A DNA stretch of 64,000 bases. It comes from an uncultured bacterium (GTDB taxonomy: Bacteria > Calescibacteriota > Calescibacteriia > Calescibacteriales > Calescibacteriaceae). Below, piece after piece: positions 58,618 through 64,000 of the stretch; the stretch's first letter is position 1; every line of letters begins with the position of its first letter. Under the pieces are notes generated by a model. That model saw nothing but the letters and a program-made list of their open reading frames with translations, ran no database searches and was not told where the DNA came from. The translations under genes and the position numbers were made by a program. Where the stretch lies: the NCBI GenBank assembly GCA_964601505.1, contig CAZRNR010000001.1, forward strand, positions 49,095-113,094, read 5' to 3'.

Positions 58618-60183
58618 TCAATCTATGAGGTTTTCAGGATTCATTATATTTTTTGGATCAAGATTATTTTTTATGGCTTTGATGACTATTAATGAATCTT
58701 TAAGTTCTTTTCGTGCCCAGATTTTGTGATCTCTCCCGACTCCATGATGGTGCGAAATTGTCCCGCCATTTTCAGATATGGTATCGGAAGCCTTTTTCTT
58801 TATCTTCCACCAGAATTCTTCTTCATATCCAAACTTGGCTTTTGCAAAAAATGTGAAGTATAAAGAGGCTCCAGATTCATAAACATGTGTTATACGACAG
58901 GAAACTCCTCCTATGCTTTCTGAAAATATAACGCTTTCCATTCCTTCTTTGACTTTTTTGTAAAGATTAATAAGATTGGACCAGCTTGTGGCGGTTTCCA
59001 GAGTATCAACAATAATGCAAAAATCCATAAGTAGATCTCGCAGATAAGGTTGTTCAAAATATTCTTTTTTCCAATCTTCAAACCTCTTTTTACCTTCATC
59101 CGTTCCTCCGAATTTTTGGCAAACTCTTCTAACAAATTCAAATTCTGACTCTACAACTTTCTGGTTTTCTTCATCAGCTTCAAAACCTACTATAAGCAGT
59201 GATCCACTCTCTATCGTATTACCAGACAGAACAGATGATATCATATATTCTCTTTCATCAAGTATTCTTATAAGCGGAGGGAATACACCATTTTGTACTA
59301 TATTTCTCGCACATTCTGCTGCACGTTCAAAACTTGGAAACAAGAAAGAAGTTGATATTTTCTTTTCCGGAATCTTATGGCACCTTATTACAGCTTCTGT
59401 TATTATTCCGAAAATCCCTTCGGAGCCAGTAAATATTCTTGGTATATCTGGTCCACAAGCAGTTGATGGAAAGCCATGATTTCTTACAATTCCCTTTGGT
59501 GTTATAGCCTCAAGACTTTCTATCATATCCTCTATCTTACCATATCTCGATGAGAAATGTCCGGCAGACCTTGATGCTATCCATCCACCCAGAGTTGAAA
59601 AGTAAAATGATTGTGGATAGTGCCTTGAAGCGAGGCCAAATTTTCTGAGCTTTTCTTCAAGATTTGGACCAGTTATACCTGCCATAACCTTTGCTGTTTT
59701 AGATTTCACATCAGCTTCAATAACATCTGACATACTCTTCATATCAACTGTTATGACTGGTCTTTCAGGATCAATATCGTATGTATCAACACTTCCAACA
59801 ACACTTGTTCCGCCACCAAATGGGATACACCCTATACCATTATTGCTGCAGAACTCAATTATATCTATTACATCCTGTTTTGATTTTGGATAAACCACAG
59901 CATCAGGAAACCTCTTTATATTCCCTCTTTTTAACCTTACAAGATTCTTGTAGCTTCTGCCGGATGAATGCAATACCCTTTCGTACTTGTCATATCTTAC
60001 ATCAAGATTATCTTTTATTTTTATCCTTGGTTCTGGAATTTTTATTGATTCAAGTTTTACAGGTTCAACATATTCTTTCTCCGAAACCCCAAGAAATCCG
60101 GAAAGCACATCAAGTATTTTTTTTGCTTTGTCTTGTTTTATGCCTTCTCCCTCGTATCCCCATCCATTCCACTTGAGAATCAT
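58618..60183 (-). CDS. FAD-linked oxidase of the alkyl-dihydroxyacetonephosphate synthase-like type
   Basis: N-terminal 'MILKWNGWGYEG', matching the AGPS hallmark 'KWNGWGY'. FAD_binding_4 region 'GGGTSVVG'. 521 aa. Confidence 0.6.
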   Translation of the reverse strand: MILKWNGWGYEGEGIKQDKAKKILDVLSGFLGVSEKEYVEPVKLESIKIPEPRIKIKDNLDVRYDKYERVLHSSGRSYKNLVRLKRGNIKRFPDAVVYPKSKQDVIDIIEFCSNNGIGCIPFGGGTSVVGSVDTYDIDPERPVITVDMKSMSDVIEADVKSKTAKVMAGITGPNLEEKLRKFGLASRHYPQSFYFSTLGGWIASRSAGHFSSRYGKIEDMIESLEAITPKGIVRNHGFPSTACGPDIPRIFTGSEGIFGIITEAVIRCHKIPEKKISTSFLFPSFERAAECARNIVQNGVFPPLIRILDEREYMISSVLSGNTIESGSLLIVGFEADEENQKVVESEFEFVRRVCQKFGGTDEGKKRFEDWKKEYFEQPYLRDLLMDFCIIVDTLETATSWSNLINLYKKVKEGMESVIFSESIGGVSCRITHVYESGASLYFTFFAKAKFGYEEEFWWKIKKKASDTISENGGTISHHHGVGRDHKIWARKELKDSLIVIKAIKNNLDPKNIMNPENLID

Positions 60184-60980
60184 TCTAACTGAATATTATT
60201 TTGCTCACAAAATTTTTTCAGTCTTTCTAATACTTTTGGAATTTCTTCAAAATCAAACAATGGAGCTATTTCAAATGTGAAATTTTGTGAGTAACCAATT
60301 TCTCTGAAGTTTTCAATTATTTTTGTCCAATCCATTGTTCCATCTCCTGGTGGTAGGTGCTGGTCGGATTTTCCATCATTATCTGATATGTGTGTTGCTA
60401 TTATCATTTCCTTTAGCTTTTTAATTGATTCTTCTGGTGGTTTTTCCCATATGTTGGCATGCCCTATATCAAGGCAAGCTCCTATTCTTGATTCTCCGTT
60501 CTTAAGTGCTCTACGAATTTTTATGATTGCATCAATTACATCTTTAACAAGATTAGAACCGTTTGGAGTGTTTTCAAATGCAAATATCCCGTCAGAGTTT
60601 TTATATAGCTTTGATAAATTTTCGAAAAACAGATCAAGATCACCATCTATATGGATTATGAAAGTTTTTACATTTACGTTATGAAGAAAATCAGTGGCAT
60701 AAAGGAGTTCATCTAATGATTTTTGAGAATACTCTTTATTTCCAAGAGATATCGGGAATTCTTTTGTATAGAGTGGCAGGTGAGCGGTGTCTGGTGAGAT
60801 ATTATATTTTTCTATCCATGTTTTTATTTTCTTTTTGAGATCTTGGTTTTTATAATCAATATGATCTCCCATAGCCCAGAGTTCGCATCTTGAAAATCCA
60901 TAGGATCTTATCAGTTCGAACATGTTTTCATTTATCGGTTTTTTTAGGAATAATTGGAATGATATGCTAGGTTTCATCAT
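60180..60980 (-). CDS. Sugar phosphate isomerase/epimerase (xylose isomerase-like TIM barrel)
   Basis: 266 aa with a metal-binding 'H..D...H' pattern. Its stop overlaps the start of the AGPS-like gene. Confidence 0.65.
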   Translation of the reverse strand: MMKPSISFQLFLKKPINENMFELIRSYGFSRCELWAMGDHIDYKNQDLKKKIKTWIEKYNISPDTAHLPLYTKEFPISLGNKEYSQKSLDELLYATDFLHNVNVKTFIIHIDGDLDLFFENLSKLYKNSDGIFAFENTPNGSNLVKDVIDAIIKIRRALKNGESRIGACLDIGHANIWEKPPEESIKKLKEMIIATHISDNDGKSDQHLPPGDGTMDWTKIIENFREIGYSQNFTFEIAPLFDFEEIPKVLERLKKFCEQNNIQLE

Positions 60981-61037
60981 GTTGTTATCTTATTCAAAGT
61001 TATTTATAAAGAATATATCTCATGTTCGTTAACGGAA

Positions 61038-62504
61038 TCAGTAAGTATTTGTTGATGTATCTTTTATTATTTGAACATCATGGACATGGGATTCTTTGTA
61101 TCCTGCTTCGGTTATTCTTATTATCCTGGCCTTTGTTTTGAACTCTTTTATATTTTTTGAACCTGTATATCCGAAGCTCGCTTTTATGGCTTTAGTTATA
61201 TTAGATATTATGTGTTTGACAGAACCTTTATAATGTATTGCTCCAACAACGCCTTCAGGGAGTATATCAGTTGTTCCAAGGTATCTTGATCGAACTCCCT
61301 TTTGTATTCCCTCTTTTATTGCATCTTCTGACCCCATACCTCTATATATTTTATAAGGTCTTCCATCTCTTATTATTTTTTCTCCTGGTGATTCATCTGT
61401 ACCGGCAAGCATATTTCCAAGCATTACTGAATCTGCTCCAACTGCTATTGCTTTTGGTATATCTCCTGGGTATCTTATCCCACCATCTGATATTATCGGA
61501 ATGTTATATTTTCTAGAAACGCTACTGCACTCAATAATAGCGCTAACTTGAGGTACCCCTACGCCTGTAACTACTCTTGTAGTGCATATTGAACCTGATC
61601 CTACACCAACTTTTATAGCATCTGCACCAGCTTCAGCAATAGCTCTTGCCCCATCTACTGTTGCTACATTCCCACCTATGACATCAATATCAAATCTCCT
61701 CTTTATTTCTTTTATCATATCTATAACGCCCTTTGAATGCCCATGTGCTGAATCTATAACTATTACATCTACCCCGGCCTGAATTAGAATTTCAATTCTT
61801 TCAATCTCTTTTTCTCCAACTCCAACAGCAGCTCCAACCATAAGTCTCCCTTGTGAATCCTTCAAAGCCATAGGATTTTCTTCATCTTTCCTTATATCCT
61901 TGAGAGTGATAAGTCCTTTTAACTTGAAATCTTCATCTACAACGGGAAGTTTTTCTATTTTGTGCTGATGCATTTTCTTTTTTGCCTCTTCCTGGGATAT
62001 CTTACCATACTTTACTACAACGAGTTTCTCCTTTGGAGTCATTACCTCTTTGATTTTTCTTTGCATGTTCTCTTCAAATCTAAGATCTCTTGAAGTCACT
62101 ATCCCTATCAGTGTCCCATTCTTTACAACGGGTAGTCCAGAAATATTTTGATCCTTCATTATTTTGAGAGCTTCCCCAACGGTTATATTCTCTTCGACAT
62201 ATAACGGATTAGTTATTATCCAGGAGTGATATTTTTTTACCTTTTCAACCTCTTTCGCTTGTTCCTGAGGAGTTAGGTTTCTGTGTATTATACCAATCCC
62301 TCCGGATTTTGCCATTTCTATAGCCATTTCATTTTCTGTCACTGTATCCATTGCTGCTGAGATTATCGGGATATTTAGCTTTATATTCCTTGTAAGACGA
62401 GTTGTCAGGTCAACTTCTTCCGGAAGAATCTCTGAGTAGTTTGGTAGAATCAATATATCATCAAAAGTTATATATATTGGTATTTCTTTTATTGCTGCTT
62501 CCAT
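61038..62504 (-). CDS. guaB: Inosine-5'-monophosphate dehydrogenase
   Basis: Catalytic loop '[11 protein letters not shown]', a CBS pair, and 'GGNVAT'. Confidence 0.95.
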   Translation of the reverse strand: MEAAIKEIPIYITFDDILILPNYSEILPEEVDLTTRLTRNIKLNIPIISAAMDTVTENEMAIEMAKSGGIGIIHRNLTPQEQAKEVEKVKKYHSWIITNPLYVEENITVGEALKIMKDQNISGLPVVKNGTLIGIVTSRDLRFEENMQRKIKEVMTPKEKLVVVKYGKISQEEAKKKMHQHKIEKLPVVDEDFKLKGLITLKDIRKDEENPMALKDSQGRLMVGAAVGVGEKEIERIEILIQAGVDVIVIDSAHGHSKGVIDMIKEIKRRFDIDVIGGNVATVDGARAIAEAGADAIKVGVGSGSICTTRVVTGVGVPQVSAIIECSSVSRKYNIPIISDGGIRYPGDIPKAIAVGADSVMLGNMLAGTDESPGEKIIRDGRPYKIYRGMGSEDAIKEGIQKGVRSRYLGTTDILPEGVVGAIHYKGSVKHIISNITKAIKASFGYTGSKNIKEFKTKARIIRITEAGYKESHVHDVQIIKDTSTNTY

Positions 62505-62599
62505 ATAAAGTTTTTAATAATTGATTTTATCGTTTGTTTTTTTGAGGTTTTTTTCTGTCAAATTTTTTGTGTTTTCCAGATATGTTAAAGTAAAATGAA

Positions 62600-63070
62600 A
62601 TGAGCAAACAAATAATTGCTCCTGAAGGTACAAAGTTTAAGAATATTGAAAGGGAAGATATTAGTTTTTTTGAAAGAACATATGCAAGCCTTGTGGGAGG
62701 ATTTAAAGTAACATTTGAACATCTTTTTGGAGAGAAGGTAACTATAAGGTATCCGGACGACAGAAAGGATATTCCTGAGAAATACAGAGGTAGGCATTAC
62801 CTTGATATAGAAAAATGTGTTGCTTGTGAGTTTTGTGCAGCAGCTTGCCCTGTGGATATAATCTTTATAGTAGGAGAACCTCATCCAGAGAAGGTAAGAC
62901 ATCCAAGAGTTTTCAATATAGATATTCTCAAGTGTATCTTCTGTGGATACTGTGTTGAAGCCTGTCCAACTGGAGCTCTACAGATGACAAATGTCTATGA
63001 AGTTTTCTCACCTGAAAGGTTTATCCTCACAATAGATGAACTTTCTCGGAAGCCAGAGTTTAATGAGTAA
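62600..63070 (+). CDS. NuoI-like 2x[4Fe-4S] ferredoxin subunit, orphan
   Basis: Two CxxCxxCxxxCP motifs ('CVACEFCAAACP', 'CIFCGYCVEACP'), with the NuoI-type N-terminal 'TFEHLFGEKVTIRYPDD'. Confidence 0.7.
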   Translation: MSKQIIAPEGTKFKNIEREDISFFERTYASLVGGFKVTFEHLFGEKVTIRYPDDRKDIPEKYRGRHYLDIEKCVACEFCAAACPVDIIFIVGEPHPEKVRHPRVFNIDILKCIFCGYCVEACPTGALQMTNVYEVFSPERFILTIDELSRKPEFNE

Positions 63071-63156
63071 ATGATAGCTGTTCCGTTTCTATTTTTGGGG
63101 CTTATTGGAACTATTTCTCATTTTCGCATTGCTTCAATCATCTATTTATAGTTATT

Positions 63157-63182
63157 TAAGTAAAAGCTGCTTTACTTTAAGA
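63157..63182 (+). terminator. Imperfect hairpin (AAGTAAAAGC-TG-CTTTACTT) 90 nt downstream of the nuoI-like stop, followed by an A/T-rich tract
   Basis: Read in the sequence. The stem is about 10 bp with one bulge. The U-run is weak. Confidence 0.3.
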
Positions 63183-63296
63183 CTATAGTATTTTCTGTAT
63201 AATTGGAAAGTGTTTATGTATAGATCAAGTTTTGCAAAAGAACAAACAAAAGCTAAAAAAGAAGAAAAAAAAACAAAATACGATTAAAATCTTATT

Positions 63297-63830
63297 ATGG
63301 TTGAAAATAAACCGGAGGAGATAGAAATAATAGAGGAATTGGGAGAGGAGGGGGGAGAGAAGAAAAAAAAAGCAGGTTTGCCTATTCGTATCCCAAGTTT
63401 TGTTTATTATATACCAATTGTTCTTGGGATAGCATTTGGAGCATATTATATATACAAAAATTTCTTCTCCAGAAGTCAAGAAAAAGTAGAGGAAAGAGGT
63501 GTTGAAATTGCTCGTGTTGCTGTTAAAAGAGGGGTTATGTTTCCAGCATGGTCGCTTGTTATAAATTTAGCTGATGCTAATGTCCCAAGATTTTTGAAAG
63601 TTACTTTCACATTTGAGTTAGACCGTGCTATAACTGTTGCGGAGATGCAAGAAAAAGAACCTATAATAAAGGATGCAGTGATTGGACTTATTTCCTCTAA
63701 AACAATGGCAGATCTCAGGGGTTATGAAGCTCAACTCATACTAAAGGAGGAAATCATATCAAGGATAAATGCGGTTCTTGAAACAGGAAGAGTGATAAAT
63801 GTTTATTTCACAGAATTTATAATACAGTAA
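63297..63830 (+). CDS. fliL: Flagellar basal-body-associated protein FliL
   Basis: Single N-terminal TM helix, 'LVINL...RFLKVTFTFELD', and the FliL-typical C-terminus '...VINVYFTEFIIQ'. Confidence 0.6.
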   Translation: MVENKPEEIEIIEELGEEGGEKKKKAGLPIRIPSFVYYIPIVLGIAFGAYYIYKNFFSRSQEKVEERGVEIARVAVKRGVMFPAWSLVINLADANVPRFLKVTFTFELDRAITVAEMQEKEPIIKDAVIGLISSKTMADLRGYEAQLILKEEIISRINAVLETGRVINVYFTEFIIQ

Positions 63831-63880
63831 ATTTTTCCATTCATTTACTCAACTTTTAAGGTTATCTATTGAGAGATAAG

Positions 63881-63969
63881 TGGGTAGGGCGGGACTCGAA
63901 CCCGCACGGAGGTTTTACCCTCCAGAGGATTTTAAGTCCTCTGCGTCTACCTGTTCCGCCACCTACCCA
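63881..63969 (-). tRNA. tRNA-Leu (anticodon TAA), type II, CCA not encoded
   Basis: Reverse complement folds as: acceptor GGGTAGG/CCTACCC, anticodon stem GAGGA/TCCTC, loop CTTAAAA, long variable arm, T-arm GCGGGTTCGAGTCCCGC. Confidence 0.85.
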
Positions 63970-64000
63970 ATACCTTAATACTAAAAAATATCTCCCTAAA

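Noticed and set aside
63225-63365. Poly-purine and poly-A tracts ('aagaagaaaaaaaaacaaaa', 'ggagaggaggggggagagaagaaaaaaaaagc')
   Set aside because: These are homopolymeric low complexity spanning the fliL leader and N-terminal coding region. They are not a repeat element or CRISPR. The poly-A/G runs could be slippage-prone, but there is no evidence of phase variation.
1-64000. CRISPR arrays, transposases, integrases and prophage genes
   Set aside because: No direct-repeat and spacer periodicity, and no recombinase or phage structural motifs, were seen on either strand.

Overview
This is a low-GC (about 30-33 %) bacterial chromosomal window, densely packed with housekeeping genes. It uses the standard code: lon ends in TGA and adk in TAG. 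The content indicates a diderm, motile organism: an Omp85/BamA-family barrel, a TPR lipoprotein, an outer-membrane protein carrying Ig-like repeats, FliL, an MCP and an HDOD protein.

Genes I recognise with good support: adk, a malic enzyme, cobT, lon, rplQ, rpoA, rfbA, cbiET/cobL, mfd, nusA, rho, purA, obg, ssb, cysS, rsfS, rplP, proC, a PduO-type corrinoid adenosyltransferase, thiD, hpf, metK, guaB, a nuoI-like ferredoxin, and two type-II tRNA-Leu genes. There is also an orphan 5S rRNA gene with no 16S or 23S gene anywhere in the 64 kb.

No transposase, integrase, CRISPR array or obvious prophage is present. I cannot point to one unambiguous novel system. The loci most worth follow-up are:
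- the lone 5S rRNA, together with the fact that several normally conserved operons are broken apart here (rpoA-rplQ, rplP, ssb, nusA next to rho, obg, nuoI each stand alone);
- a cytochrome P460 gene next to tRNA-Leu, with a perfect 13-bp palindrome upstream and a 14-bp-stem hairpin downstream;
- a lipoprotein/glycosidase-like gene interrupted by a single in-frame TGA;
- an envelope cluster made of an Ig-repeat plus C-terminal barrel outer-membrane protein, a TPR lipoprotein and a membrane-anchored SGNH/DltD-like protein;
- an Omp85 barrel gene next to a patatin gene, reminiscent of a split type Vd (PlpD-like) system;
- an MCP translationally coupled to an RfaE-domain-II-like nucleotidyltransferase;
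- a thiD, small APH/ChoK-like kinase and PduO cofactor-salvage operon;
- a FAD enzyme carrying the WNGWG motif of alkyl-DHAP synthase, in an operon with a TIM-barrel isomerase.

All functional calls come from motif-level reading of the supplied translations. None has been checked against a database.
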